A stretch of DNA of 60,577 bases, counting the filler, from Jimgerdemannia flammicorona (Eukaryota), in the NCBI GenBank assembly GCA_003990765.1. It is 3 parts of 3 records of this genome, joined end to end, with 100 filler letters (N's around TTAATTAATTAA, not from the genome) between each part and the next. Parts side by side here need not be neighbours in the genome. Positions count along the whole stretch, not along the records: positions 1 to 20,127 come from RBNJ01001753.1; 2 more parts are not named here. The stretch is one strand, 5' to 3'. How positions within the stretch are numbered: the stretch's first letter is position 1; every line of letters begins with the position of its first letter. Of this stretch, positions 1-13,793 are shown one piece after another. The notes under the pieces were generated by a model. That model worked only from the letters and a program-made list of their open reading frames with translations, had not been told where the DNA came from and did no database searches. Made by a program: the position numbers and the translations under genes.

Positions 1-571
1 CCCCCCCCCACTCTCTCTTGACAAAAGACCACTTTGTCAAACACCATCTTCACCTGCCCACTACTCTGTTCACAGATCCTTTCCACCAGATGGCAATACT
101 GCCCACCTTGAGGACCCCAGTCAGTACATCACTCACCAACCCCTCCCATCTTAACAAACTCTCCTGCAAGCCCAGCCACCACCCCTCCTCAAACATAAAG
201 AGACAATGTCCAGCCAGCCCAACCCATATTGCTAAAACCCACCCTATAGTGAGCCATTTATTGCCCACCCCTCCCACCAATCTAGTTCTCAGATCCTCCC
301 AGCAACCTCTCTCTCCATCTGGCCTCCTCTTTATACCCAGCCAGTCCCCAACCACTATCCAAAAGTCCCCCAGAATCTCACACTCTCCCAGCCAATGTTC
401 CAGTATCTGTACAAATCCCCCAACTTGTTCAACATTGTAGCATGCCTCACATTCCAGTATGCCACCATCTACTAGATACCTAGCATGGAAATTTAACATA
501 ATATTCCTCCAGAGTATCTACCACCATACTACCCAATACTTGGGAGAAAGCCACCTCTGCACCTCAGTACT

Positions 572-574
<3 letters not shown>
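1..574 (-). mobile_element. LINE (L1/Tx1-like) 3' fragment, copy A (C-terminal Cys/His region of ORF2)
   Basis: ORF 50..499 (CEACYNV...EHWLGECE) is homologous to the ORF2 C-terminus of the full-length LINE at 18976-19164. Its 5'-truncated end abuts the poly(A) of copy B. Confidence 0.9.
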
Positions 575-619
<45 letters not shown>

Positions 620-2470
620 GTCTTATGGACTCATTCCTTTATTAATACAGCCATCTATTCCATATATAATACACTAGGTCCACCCCTATCTGATCCCTCT
701 AGGCCCTCTCCCCCACCCCACCCCCTCTCGATTAAAGACCATCAGGCCATTAATCATCCCCACCTATCCACCACTCTGTCTATAAATATTTTTCACCAGG
801 TGGTAGTGATGCCTATCCTGGGGACCCCATCCAACCCACCACTCTGTCAGTACATCACTCACCAACCCCTCCCATCTTAACAAACTCTTCTGCAAGCCCA
901 GCCACCACCCCTCCTCAAATACAAAGAGCCAATATCCAGCCAGCCCAACCCATATAGCTAAAACCCACCCTATAGTGAGCCATTCATTGACTACCCCTCC
1001 TACCAACCTAGTGCTCAGATCCTCCCAGCAACCTCTCTCCTCATCTGGTCTTCTCTTAACACTCAGCCAGTCCCCTACTACTATCCAAAAGTCTCCAAGA
1101 ACCTCACACTCTCCCAGCCAATGTTCTGATATCTGTACAAATCCCCCAACCTGTCCAATATTATAGCATGCCTCACATTCCAGTATGCCACCATCTACCA
1201 GATGCTCAGCATGGAAATTCAACATAATATTCCTCTATAGTATCCACCACCATACTACTCAATACTTGGGAGAAAGCCACCTCTATACCTCAGCACTCTA
1301 TTCCCAGACTTCTGTCCAATCCCACTCCTTACCAATCCTCACTGCTTGCTAACTGCCAGGCCATAGATCCTGACCAAGTCCCCTCTGACACTCCACTCCA
1401 TCACTAATATCAAAGGCAATAAGGGGAGTGCCCCCCAGAAGCAGTTTGTCCCATCTCTACATAGCTGATCCCTACAACATCTCCCCTTTATTGCTACTTT
1501 AGTACAGGTCTATGTGGTGTGCTCCATCTGCCACCCCCCACCAGAAACCTTTGTACCACAGCCTATTGCTTCCACCCAGGTCTACCAGGGAAAGCAAATC
1601 CCCTGGGACCCTCTTGGGGAGAATCTCATCTTCCATACCTTTGACATCAATGGCACTCATCTCCCTCTCCTCAGTTCTACTTTCCACTTTAATCACCAAT
1701 ATCTCAGACAATGCAGCCTCTTAGGAAAGTCCACCAGTCCTAGCCCCCCTTGAACTACTGGCAATGAAAGGGTATCCCAGCAGATCTGGGATCACCTCCC
1801 AGCCCAAATCCAATCTCTAGTCTTCTTCATCAGTCTCTTCACCTCCTAAGCCAGAAAGTCCAAGTGGTAGGCAATATACCACAGCTTAGGGAACCAGTAG
1901 ACATTCAGAATCGAAACTCTGCATGCCAGGGAGATGTGGCAACCTCCCCAGCCTTGAAGTGCCTCTCCCCAAAAAGCCACCCTCCTCTCCCACTACACCT
2001 GTGGCAAGGTTGATCCATACACCAAAAGGAAGATGCCCAGATACCTCACTGCCTCTCCAGTGATCCAATGACATCCCCACCCACTAACCCATTTCTCAAC
2101 ACCATAGTCTCACACTTATACTAGTTGAGTTTCACACCAGAGTGTACCTCATACCATTCTATCATCTCCTTAAGAGCCTCAATATCTGCCACTAATCCAA
2201 GTCCATCTACCATGTCATCTGCAAAGGCCCCCACCTTCTACACTACACCATAAAGAGTAAGTCCTGCCACTTTCTGCTGAATTCTATCCATCAGAGGTTC
2301 CAATGAAAGGATATATAGAATAGGAGACAATGGGTCCCCCTGAGGAACTCCTCTCCCCAAGTGAAATGCTGTGCCCTAATTGCCATTATACATCAGTGCG
2401 GCCCTACTATCCTCTAACAGATTCAATATAGAAGCTCAAAACAATAGAGGAACTTCTATTCTGTCCAGGC
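575..2470 (-). mobile_element. 5'-truncated LINE copy B (RT C-half plus C-terminal Cys/His region) with poly(A) tail
   Basis: Poly-T 575-616 is the minus-strand poly(A), preceded by AATAAAGG...GACTAT as at 19565-19600. The minus strand encodes GVPQGDPLSPILY and GAFADD RT motifs (~2210-2355), with stops. Confidence 0.92.
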
Positions 2471-4217
2471 CTTACAATTCTGAAAATGGTAGTATAAGGC
2501 AGTCTTGGTCCTGGTACAGTAATAGTCAGTAGAGTTGAGTATCTTATCTACAGAGGCTTGTGCATTATAAAGAACTAAGACTAGGAAGACAGCTACTGAT
2601 TGTCCTAAATTACTCAGGTTTATAGAGCTGATAAAACATTTGTTGAGAAGTGTAAAAAAGAATTTATAAGACCTTCTTTATCTTATCTTATAGGGTGTAG
2701 AGTAAGGAGTTTGGTATATAGTATTTTGTCTATCTGCTGATTTAATTAGAGTACTGTCTTTTATATATGAAGCTTGTCCTACTTATTACAGATGTGGCTT
2801 TAGTGAGGGCCTTCTTGAGTAGATAAATGACTTCTGCTATTTTTTCTTCCAGTAGAATGGTTGGTCTTTCTTAGAGATGTTATATAGTGAAGCTACTTGG
2901 TCTGAAAATCTTAGGATGAACTGTCAGTAGTAGGATGCAAATATGAGAAAGGATAGAACTTCCTTTGTAGAGGTAGGGGTTGGATAGCTCTTGACTTTCT
3001 ATATCTTGTGTGGGTCAGTATGAGTTCCTTAAGCTAAAACTATGTAACCTAGATATTTAACTTGGTGTTTTCCAAAGAAGTACTTCTTGGTATTAAGTCT
3101 GAGTTATGAATTTCAGATGATATCAAATACTTCATAGAGGTCTCATAAGTGTTGTTCAAATGTTTCTGAGTAGATAATTATATTATCTATATATACTAGT
3201 ACATTTCTCCCAATGGGGTCTCAATAGACATAGTTTATCATTCACTAAAATGAGGCTGGTGCATTATAGAGTCCAAATGGCATTCAGAGGTATTCATACT
3301 CATCTGGTAATAAAGGCTGTCTTGCAGATATCATTCTTGACAATAGGTATTATTTGAAATCCTTGAAACTGATTAGCAGTATTCATAAACTTGTCTTTTC
3401 CTAAAGCATTGAGAAGGTCATTAATTCTTAATAGTGGATAGACATCTACTGTAGTGATCTTATTAAGGTTTCTGAAGTCTATAACTAGTCTATCCTTCTT
3501 TCTTTGATACTATAATTGCAGGTGAAGCCCAGGGACTTGATGAGGGTCTGATAATTGTGTTTTATAGTATTTCATCTATATATTATTATTCAAACTCAAT
3601 CAGGTGGTGTGGTATTCAATAGGAGTATTAATAGATTAGTTTAGCATATCCTATATGTATAATATATTCTCTATATTGATATGGTGGAAAGTTATTATAT
3701 GTAGTGATAAATATATCTTTATATTCTTCTATCAACTTCAGTATCTATTATTGCTAATCCTTAGTTAGAGTTGTTTCAACATTGATGGCTTTGATTGCTG
3801 AGTCTTCCTCTCTAGTACCATTACTCTCACCAGAGAGAGCTTGCTGTTTCCTAAGAATTTGAAGACCTCTTCCTTATAGGTATCTATCAGTAGTTCAAAA
3901 TATCCCAATATTGTTCCTTTGGAGATTGTTACTACTTCAAAGCCCAGGTTTTGAATAGGAATATTAATTGGTGACATCTGGCCATAGATTTATTCTTCAG
4001 TCAGAAAAAGATAATACTTTTCTTGAAGTTTCATTAATTGCTAAAATATCAGATTATTGGCATTCATAGATAGATATATATCAAGGCTTCTTTGTTGATA
4101 TAGTTGAAGGAGGATATCTTCTCTTACTCAGATAGAGTGATGGATATGTGGTTTCATTTGGCAGAACTGAGCTATTGTTATCAAGTAGACTTTAATAGGT
4201 AGTTGAGAGGTTCTATT

Positions 4218-4570
4218 GATACTTCCAAAGCCTTTTTGTTCTCTCTTCATACTGCTAAGTTGATTCATATCTTAGATAGTGGACTGTGATGTCTTGATGA
4301 ACAGAATCTGACAGATGGCTTCCAAGAGATTAAAGACTTAGTGGTTTCTACTATTGTTGTAAATAATGACTTTCAGAGAACTATATTCATTCTGATCAAT
4401 GATATCTCCTTCTACTGTAATTTCTTTAGCTACTAGAGATGATATTGATGCTAATTGTCTATAGTGTCCAGATAGTATAGCAAGTGCAATCTGAAGTTCA
4501 AAGGTCCTGGTAGTCCTGGGATAGAGCATTGCCTAATAAGAGAGACAGAGGTCATATCCTACTGATCCTT
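4218..4570 (-). pseudogene. dUTPase domain of Gypsy family 1 pol
   Basis: Motifs GSVGYDL, LASISSL (RSS-like), VEGDIIDQ (GxIDxDY-like) and KREQKGFGS read on the minus strand. Confidence 0.88.
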
Positions 4571-7500
4571 CTCTCTGTGCAAGAGGGAGTTATATCTAAG
4601 ATAATAGCAGTTTAACTTGGATAATTAGCTGGGTCTTGAGAAATGATGTCTCAGTAGTTGCTATTGTAGAAAAGGATTCTCTATATTCTGGCTTAAAGAA
4701 TGGCCAATATACTTCAGTCTTTGGATTCCTTATATAGTTGAATCTAGTTTTTCCAAGGAGATCTAAGACTTCTATAAAGAAGAAGAAAAGGTTGACTCTT
4801 TGTTTGTCTTGGTGTAGTCAGTAATACTAACAGATGATAGCAAGAATTTCTAATGGCAGATTTCAGATAGAGGTCTTGTTCTTGGCTTTGCAATCTCCTT
4901 TATGATCGATCTCTTTGTATTTTTAATAAGCCCAGCAGATTTGAGATTCTTGCAGAGTAGGGTCCTTTCTTTTAACTTGATTCTTATAGACATCATTATT
5001 GAGATAAATACTTTGATATTCACACTAATAATAGGTAAAGGTCTTTCCACAGTTACAGTGTCCTTACTTGATGAATTCCTCATTTTGCTGTTTGACTTCC
5101 TTACTTATAGTGTGTCTTCTTCAATATTTATTATAGATGAGTAGAGTGATCTGAAGACCTCAGGTAATGGTGTAGATATTGTTGTTATTGTCTTTAACTA
5201 TGAGAGTCTTTAAAGATTGGTGAGAGAGAATCTTCTGTTCTTCTTTATAGGTCTTCTTGAAAACTTTGGGAGTAGGTGTATTCATATGAGGACTGGGGTT
5301 CATTTTAACTCATCTTTGTCTTCAATTACTAGTATTGGGACCTTCTGAAGATCAAGGATTCAGCAGTTACTATAGTCATCTCTTGGTGAGTAGAAATGAT
5401 TATAGTGTTCACACATATCTAGGTAGAAGACTTATATAATTCAATTTTCCTTCAGAGATAGTAGTGGTTGTATAGATAGTCCTATAAATTTATATATTAC
5501 TTCTTCATTGATAGTCAAATTAATACTTTCTTCTAAGCTTTCAGTATTGATTACTCTAATGAAAAGATCTTCTTGGCTATCTTCAGAGTTTCTAGATATA
5601 TCAAAATCACTTTCTAGTTCTTACAGAAAATTTGCTTCACTTTTGTCCTCAGTAGTAATAGATATATCTCCATATCCTTACAATTTTATCTCAGAGGCTT
5701 GACTTGATTTCCTTAATTCTTTTGACTCAATTGGTACCTTGTGCTTTTGTCCATAGAAGGTAAAGACCAGGCGTTGCTTCTTGATATCTATATTAGCTCC
5801 AACTTAGTGCAACCAGTCAGTTCCCAGGATCAGATTATAAGAGGTTACTGGAGTTATAATTGCTTGAAATACATTGAGACAGGCTCTTCCAACTTAAATA
5901 GGTATATATATTTCTAACTGTCTAAGAGGGGTGGATGCTAATCTATCTGTCATAATAATTCTTATCTTGGTTACTTCATCAATTCCCCATCCAATCCTTT
6001 CAAACATTTGCTGAGTAATGATGTAAACAGCTGCTCCAGCATTATAAGAATTCTGGAATTTTCACTATATACTTTTCCACTAGCTAGTCTTGGGGATTGA
6101 TGTTCATGACACCAGTATTCATAGACTACATGGATACTACTAGGCTCCAGTATGTATGGTCCTTAGATAGGAACTCTATTGGTATCTTTTTTAGCTTCCT
6201 TGAGGAATTTTTGCCTAACTTCTAATATATTCTTAAGAACTTGTTTGAATGTGAGGTCTATATTTTGAGTGTTGAGGTGTTCTCAAAGTGATGCTGTTTT
6301 ATAGGATTTACAACTTCTTTAATGTATAGATCCCTTAGAGCAAATTCTCTCACTTCCATTGGGCATTTCATCAGTTGAAGATTCTATGCTCATATGCTCT
6401 TCTTCTTCAAGGTCAGGCAGAGAGTTACTTCTTGATACTCTTGATAGACCAGCTTCTGGTTCAGAAGTGTCTCTTCTAACTCTCTTATCATTTTTCTGAG
6501 ATATATCTGAGGAGGAATAGCTATGTCTCAGATGTTTGCCTGTGAATATGGTTACTGGCAATGGTGGTTGGAGTGGGGTTCTTGGGGGTCTTCCTTATTC
6601 TCTGGTCTGAGCAGATACTGCATCCCAAGTTACCTTAGAGGGAAAGGCTTCAAAGTATGGATAGGTATCATCTTGGTCATGAAGCCAGGCAGCTTTTTCT
6701 TCCATTTCTTGAGTTTCTTCATCTATCTAAATGAGGTTGACATTTATATCATTGTATAGAGTCTGTTTCTTTAGCCAGAATCTCTAAATGTGACCTTGAT
6801 TTCCACAGCTGAAGCAAGTTGGGGTATAGGAACCTATTGCTAGTAAATATATTGTTGAAACTGGTAGAGCCTGAGTGGAGTTTCTGTTATCTTGCTGCCA
6901 GTAGTCTGGTCTATTATGTATCTCAATAATAATCTGCTGTCTTCCTTCTTGATTCTTTAACTGAGCAACTACAATGGCTAGATCTTTCATTTGTTTTGTA
7001 AGTATTATCATAGGGTCTTCTTGAGTTCTTAGTAGCAGCTGCTATTGTTGCCTATACTGAGTTGGAATTGAGGGTAGGGGTCTGGTCTCATAGTTGGCCA
7101 ACTGGGCTCTTAAGTAGGCATTCTCTTATTCTGGAGTCATTCTATAAGTCCTTGAGGTTTTAGCTTGAGCTGGTTCTCAATGTTCTTGAGTCTGCTAGAG
7201 TGATCTATAGTCTGCTTCCCAGCACTCTTTTACTCTATCAACTTATTTAATACTTCAATAGCCCATCCTAATAATATATCTTCAAAGCTCTAGGAATATT
7301 TCATTAAGAAAGGTAGTTGAGGCCAGGGCAAGTTGGACTGTAGATTGTAAGTTTGTCTTGATCATCTGAGCTTGAATTCAATGGTAGAAGCTTTTTGAAG
7401 TTTCATTGGTAGCTTGGCTCATATAGGTCAAAGCTTCTTGTACTTCTTATTAATGCTCAAGACTATTGAACTAAGTGCAGACCCAGATCTTATAGATATT

Positions 7501-8561
7501 AATTGTATCTGTCTACATGATCTTCATTTGCTTGAAAATTGTTGGCTGGTTCTGTTGCATGGATTTCTCCTCCAATTTGTCTTGCTGGGTTGTACTTCTG
7601 TAGAGCAGAATCTCTCAGAAGTAATTCTACAATTTAGAGCTTTCTCTGGACATTCCACCACTTAGCTACTGCTTGTACTTTGATTTCTCTGAGGAATTCC
7701 TCAACATCTTCACTATCTGTACTATGGAATTTCTAGAGATAGCTCATCTTTAGTTTGTTTTCACTGTCTGAGTCTAGTTCTAGTATAGAGTTTCTTAATG
7801 ATACTTGAGATAGAGATGATGGAGGTGCTTGATGAACTAGTAGTACTAGTAGGGGACAGTGTCTTGGTAAAGATATAAGGAGTCTGGCCCTTCTAATTAA
7901 AGCTGGTGTAGAGGTTCTTAATAATGGTGGTTCTCTGATTGAGTAATAGTAATCACTAAATACTGAGGTTCTAGCAACAGGAATAGGACTAATGTAGTTA
8001 ATGTTTAGTTGGTTTACCCCTTATTATTATAAAGTAGTGAGATTCTGTTTGTCTTACTAAGAGTCCATTTTTCTGTCTAAGTAGTGATAAAGATTAAATT
8101 TGTCTCTTAGGTGGTCTGATTGATTTCCCCAATTGTCATCTTTCTCTTGTTCTGGAAGGTAAGAGTGGTAGTCTTCTTTTTCTTCAGATTTTCAAAGTAT
8201 ACTTAATCCAGTGAAGTAGTTCAAATGATGATAGTAGTAATGTATTTACTTCTGCCTGAATCTCTTCTGTAGATCAGGGTCTGGTATTCTTCAGGAAAAT
8301 TTTCTTCTTATTCTAGGCCTTGGATGGGCTCAGGTTGTCCTCTGAGTCTTCTTCTTTCTTTTAATGTTAAATTGTAATCTACATTACTTTCTTCTTCTGA
8401 TTCAGTTTCTTGACTACTAGTTCTAAACAGTATGAGGGCTGTCCTGACAATAGTGTATGCTTTTCTTTCTGAAGCAGGCTGCTGTTGGCTAGTTTCTCCT
8501 AAATTCTCCACTGTAGATGGCTGCTGGGTTCTTGAGCCAAATGGTCAAGTCTTTAGAAACT

Positions 8562-8579
8562 TTCCCAGTTGAGCCCCCA
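8562..8579 (-). promoter_or_regulatory. Primer-binding site, tRNA-Pro-like
   Basis: TGGGGGCTCAACTGGGAA lies 3 nt after the LTR end (...CA at 8583). It resembles the tRNA-Pro PBS TGGGGGCTCGTCCGGGAT once CpG decay is allowed for. Confidence 0.75.
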
Positions 8580-8582
8580 AAA

Positions 8583-10786
8583 TGAGGCATATGATTTATA
8601 TAGATTGTTTGCTGAATTGTATGGCTCAATGTGCCACTGGATATTTATATACTATATATCTCTTTATCTCTAACAATATTCTGGCTCAATGTTCAGTTTA
8701 ACTACTATTTGATTTGTTCATATTCTCACATCAGGTTGGGGTTTGGGTGTCATTGAAGTTTGTGTCAAGTTGGAGTTTGTGTGTTGTGAGTCATTAGAGT
8801 TTGCATGTTGTAAGTCATTGGTCATATGACTGGACATTCAGAATTGCAAAAGGTAAAAGAATATATGTCACAGATTCTGGTATATTGATAATTATCCTAG
8901 TATTCTTGACTAAGTTTCCTGGTAAGTTTTGTAGGTTCTCTATGTTTTCTGGCAGCATTCTGATATTTTCTAAGTTTTGGCAGTTATTTCCTACTTAGCT
9001 ATAGTGGTATTTTAACTGACTGAAGTTTCATGACAATTTTCCATAGTGACATTAACTAGTAATTGACTCATATCTTGAATGAAGCTGTCTTGACTTATAT
9101 CTTGAGTTTTAGGATATTTTATCTGATTTTCAAGACAATTTTAACTAACTTGTATATTATTCTTGAGTTTCTGGCTGGCAATCATTTTGTGAGTTCTCTG
9201 TTTCTTGGTAGCATTCTGATATTTTTCTGAGAGATCCTGTATCCTAATAGTGGTTGTTTCCAGTAGCAGTCTTGGTTTCTGTATCAAGAGTAATTCTTCA
9301 AACTCAAATCTTAAGCAATCATTGCTCTTGTTATCTTATATATTTCTTAGAATTATTTTTGTCTCTTGGAGACAGTGGGTTTCTCTATAATCCTTTTTAC
9401 TTCAAACTCAAGCTAACTGAGGTTTATTAATTATAAGTCAAGAGGGTATTTATATAAATTTCAGACTATGTAATTGGTTGTAACTCACAATTACTAGAAC
9501 ATACTATTTAGTATACTTTTGGAAATCAACTGACTAACTAGCTAGATAAGGCTAATTTTATATTTGTGTTAAATTTGGCTAGTTAATAGGTAGTCACTAT
9601 TTGTGCAACTAACTAACTTACTCAAATTTAGTTAATAGAGCTGTCCTTATATAACTTGAAGTTCAATGAGACTGGGATTATGTCATTCTCATCCTCCTTC
9701 TCATTTTCTTCAGAGAGTCCAGCCAAATCATTTTCTATATTCTCTACATTTGTACTGAGATTAGTAGAGGGCTCTGTGGGTGATGACAGAGGACTTGTAT
9801 ATTCCTCCAGAAGGTTGTTAAGGTCTTCTTCCCATAAAATAAGCAGTTCACTCTACTCTAGTTCTTGAGATCTCCATCTAATAGTATTTTTATCCACAAA
9901 GTAGAGTATATCTGTGAAATTCTAAGGATAGCAGAATCTCAGAGGAGGGCCTTGGTATAATGCAATCAGACCTTGAAGGAACTGATCTGGATTGTCTTCT
10001 AGAATAGAGTTTCAAAGGTCTTAAACCTCATCACTCTTGACTATAATAGTAGACTGGGCTTCTTCTGTAACTATTTCTTCAAGATAGTCTGTAGAGTGGC
10101 TTATCAGTTCTTGAATGTCTGAAAACTTAATATATTCCAAGTTGAGAATGACCCAGGGTGCATGTCTAAAGATCTGGTAGACTCTCTTAGCCAACTTCTA
10201 TTCATATCTATCCAGATATATAGTATCTATAATTTCTTAAGAGCTGGCCTATGAGAGATCTTAGTAGAGATAATATTCCAACTCATATTCTTATCACATC
10301 CAGAGGCACTCAGTGGCAGTAGAGATTCTTATTTCTATTTCATAGTAGTTGAGGGTATAGTGATATGGGGTCTCTTGTAAAGAGGTTCAGACTTAGAGTC
10401 CTTTTTGTATATATTCTCATAGCTCTTTTAATATCAGAGAACATCTGATATTAGACTGATAGACCTTAGTGGTTTCTTGACCTTGCTGTTTTGCAGATGG
10501 TAGGTATTTTGTTATATAGTGAGTTTCTTATTTATAGATAATATCTCATACTCCTATTGATGCCTCTTTTATATTCTAAGAGTCTTCTTCTTTGGTCCAG
10601 AGAGTAAGGTCACCTGATTTGGAGTAGTATACTGCTGAGGTCACCATGAGTTACAATGAGTTTGGATGCAGATCATCTTCTGGTCAAGATGAGTTATAGT
10701 TGAGTCACAATTTATAACTAGAGGCTTATGAAGTCTGAGCAGTCTCCTGGCTTTTGATGTCATTGATTTCTAAGGTATTGTCATAA
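8583..10786 (-). repeat. 5' LTR of Gypsy family 1 (~2.2 kb; outer boundary approximate)
   Basis: Ends in CA next to the PBS. Minus-strand TATA-like (~9445-9458) and AATAAA (~9423-9428). Contains the LTR-ORF homolog. No partner LTR in the window to confirm the outer end. Confidence 0.65.
9649..10507 (-). pseudogene. Decayed LTR-embedded ORF, homolog of the family-2 LTR ORF
   Basis: Manual translation: PTICKTARSRNH...MFSDIKRAMR...DPYHY...ATECL...LAKRVYQIFRHAPWVILNLEYIKFSD...EAQSTI..KSDEV...ILEDNPDQFLQGLIALYQGP. Collinear with 25372-26214; contains stops and frameshifts. Confidence 0.88.
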
Positions 10787-10789
10787 TAT

Positions 10790-12100
10790 ATATATCTTAA
10801 TAATATAAAGATTTAGATTCCAAACACTTCTATCTACCTATAAATTCTATAAGAACTACATGATATACCTATAGTCAGTTATATGAGATTTGATAAGATA
10901 TATTAATATATTATCTGAAATTTCTACTAGTCTAAAATAATAGCTGATATTAAAAATTATATTATATTTTACAATATCTACCAAAGATATAAGTCTGACA
11001 AATAAGTATTAGCTGGAACATTCAGTCACTACTAATTTTCATCTAAAACTGAAATTATATTGAGAATAGACTTTATTATCTAGTTATCAAAAACCAAGAA
11101 CAGAAGGGATATAATTATTGTCTTTATCAATTATCTCAACAAGTAAGCTTACTTTATTATAACAACTACTACCACAATGGCTTCAGAAACAGTATAATTA
11201 TTTATTAACAATATATTCTGCCTTTATAAATTACTATTAGCAATCATCTCAGACAGAGATATAAAATTTACAAGTAATTTCTAGCAAGTACTCTTTAAGA
11301 GTTTTAGAGTATAACTGAAAATATCTCTAGTATACTACTTATAAATAGATGGTCAAACTGACAAATTAACTGAAATCAAAAGTAGATACTTAGTATCTAT
11401 TATAGCTATAAGCAGAATAATTGAGATAAAAATCTAATTTTAGCTGAGTTCATATATAATAACAGTATAAATACAAGTACTAAAATAATCTTATTTTATT
11501 GAAACTTATAGATAATGTTCTCAGACTTATGCAACTATCACATAAGCTACAATACTAGCTATATAAGAAATCACTAATATTATATAAGATAATATTTTGC
11601 AAATATATAATATTCTTATAGAAGTATAAAGAATATAAGCAGTATATACTGATAAAAACAAAAGAGAAGTCACTTATGAAAAAGGCAAATGTATATTACT
11701 CAGCACTCAATACCTAACTCTAAATAATATAGGATTTAAAAAGAAACTTAAACTCTACTATATTGGACTATTTGAAATTCTTGAGAAGTATAGTCCTATT
11801 ATATTCAAGTTAGACCTTCCAGTAACTCTAAGAAGAATCTATCTAATATTATAATATATATATTAGATCACAAAGACTGATAATTCAGACAAGCTGCCAA
11901 GTCCATCTAGTACTATCTTGTAAAATAGAAAGATTATTCTAAATATAATACTATCTGAGAAAAGAAAGCTAATCTTTTGCCAAATATAAAAGAAGTATAA
12001 ATTTATGATATAATAGAAATTTCAATAGAATTTCCATAGAGCAGTCATATCTCTAATAAGACAAGTATAAATAATTAGTAATAATACTGAGAGAAAACTA
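10790..12100 (+). mobile_element. Heavily decayed Gypsy integrase with probable chromodomain remnant
   Basis: DGQT motif (HPQTDGQTE-like) ~11345-11362; FAYN-like ~11445-11463; YIGLFEILE (GPF-like) ~11758-11785; possible chromodomain ~11920-12060. AT-rich with many stops. Confidence 0.7.
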
Positions 12101-12239
12101 AGAATGAGATTACTATAGTCTTTCTCATAACTATTAAATATCAATGTATCTATACTGAACTACTCTTTGTCAATATAAGAATCTTTAAAAGCTCTAATCT
12201 AAATGAACCCAATAATGACTGAGAAGTAATACTCCAAAT

Positions 12240-12505
12240 GAGTCAGTTTGAATCAGTTTGAATTGTGACTATTCCTGATTTGAACTGATTCAAATTAATT
12301 ATATGATTAATTCAAATTAGATTGAATTGTGACTACTCTGATCCAAACCTCTAAACTGGTAATTCAAATTACTAAATTCAAATTACTAAATTTGAATCAT
12401 CAGATTCAAATTATTAGATTCAAATTACTAAATTCAAATTACTGAATTCAAATTACTGAATTTGAATCTCAGCTGGATTTGAATTATCTGATTTGAATCT
12501 CTTGA
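12240..12505. repeat. Degenerate ~14-bp tandem repeat (AATTCAAATTACTA/G)
   Basis: Repeated aattcaaattact units, most regular at 12361-12460. Confidence 0.8.
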
Positions 12506-13793
12506 ACAAATAAAACTTATCATATAATTCACTTATATATACAAATAAAAGAATATGAGAGAAAAATATTTGTTGGTATATTCACAAATACTAACATGAA
12601 TATATACATATATATATTGTGACAAGTAATAGAATTGTACTACTGAAATCATAAATTAGCCATATACTATATCCAGCATACTAAGTAACCAAGACTGCTT
12701 TACTATACCAATCTATATATTTAGCGAGAGATATCAGAAACAGTATATTTACCTATACCCTCAAGATATACTGTACCCTCAAGGAATACTTGCCATAGTT
12801 AGTAATCTATAGTTAGTAATGTAGCAATCAGATAGCAACTACAACTATATAAAAATACTCAGAGACAAGAGTGAATAAACCTCAATTCCAAAACATAAAG
12901 CAAAAGACAAGTCTGCCTACTATACTTCAAGAGATATGCCTGCCAAAAGCTACTTGATCTAGGAAGGATTGCAATACTTAGGAGAAATGCCTGCTCTATA
13001 GCCACTACTAGGAGATTGTGAGCTTTGCCCCTTTCTCATTCTGGTCCACTTTCCAATACAAAGAACAAGTCGGTTTTGATTTACTTGTCAGAAAAGCCTG
13101 AAGTGCCTAAGTTTCCACTGCCTAAAGAGAAAGTTGCCTTGCTCAAGCCAGTTTCTGATGCAACTTCGCAGTAAATCTATTCATACAAATGAAGCCAGTT
13201 GTTGATATAACTTTGCCAAAAGACTCTTTCCCAAAAGCTGCCATTTTCAAGAAGAAGTCTACCAATTTAGGAGAATCCACATTATCTGCCGTTTTGAGTA
13301 ATTCACATCCCCAGAGAACCCCACTGATTTAGGAAGAATCTGCAACATCTAAGTTATATGAGTTATCTGCACTATCCAAGTTATTAGTTTGTTTCTAGTG
13401 AGCCTGGTGCAGAAGGATCTGTACCACCCAAGTATTATTTCCAGAAAACCTAATTCAGAAGAATCTGCTGCCAGTATAATTCCCAGTAAGCTGCTGTTTT
13501 AGGAAACTACTGTGCTACACAGAGATCACCTTTCACTTAAGAAGGAATGCTACCAAATTATCAGACTGTCACACATAAGGAATCCATGCTATACAAGATC
13601 ATCATACTGAGATTATTATACTATATATAAAATTCTACTAATTCACAGATTGAACCAAGAAGGAAAGACATACAAAACACCACTATACTCAGAGAACCAT
13701 CCCAATAAGGACATCTTTCTCTGCTACAATTTACATTACACACACTTTTACAATACACTTTCAAATCATTTATTGGAGAAAGATATTAAGGCA

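Larger units (their letters stand above)
2471..10786 (-). mobile_element. Decayed Ty3/Gypsy LTR retrotransposon, family 1 (5' LTR, gag, protease, dUTPase, RT, RNase H; 3' part lost)
   Basis: Minus strand: gag from ~7747 (KFHSTDSEDVEEFL); zinc knuckle CFSCGNQGH ~6790-6820; protease ~5800-6060; dUTPase 4218-4570; RT VLVYIDNIIIYSETFEQHL ~3150-3205; RNase H to ~2500. Many stops. Confidence 0.9.
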
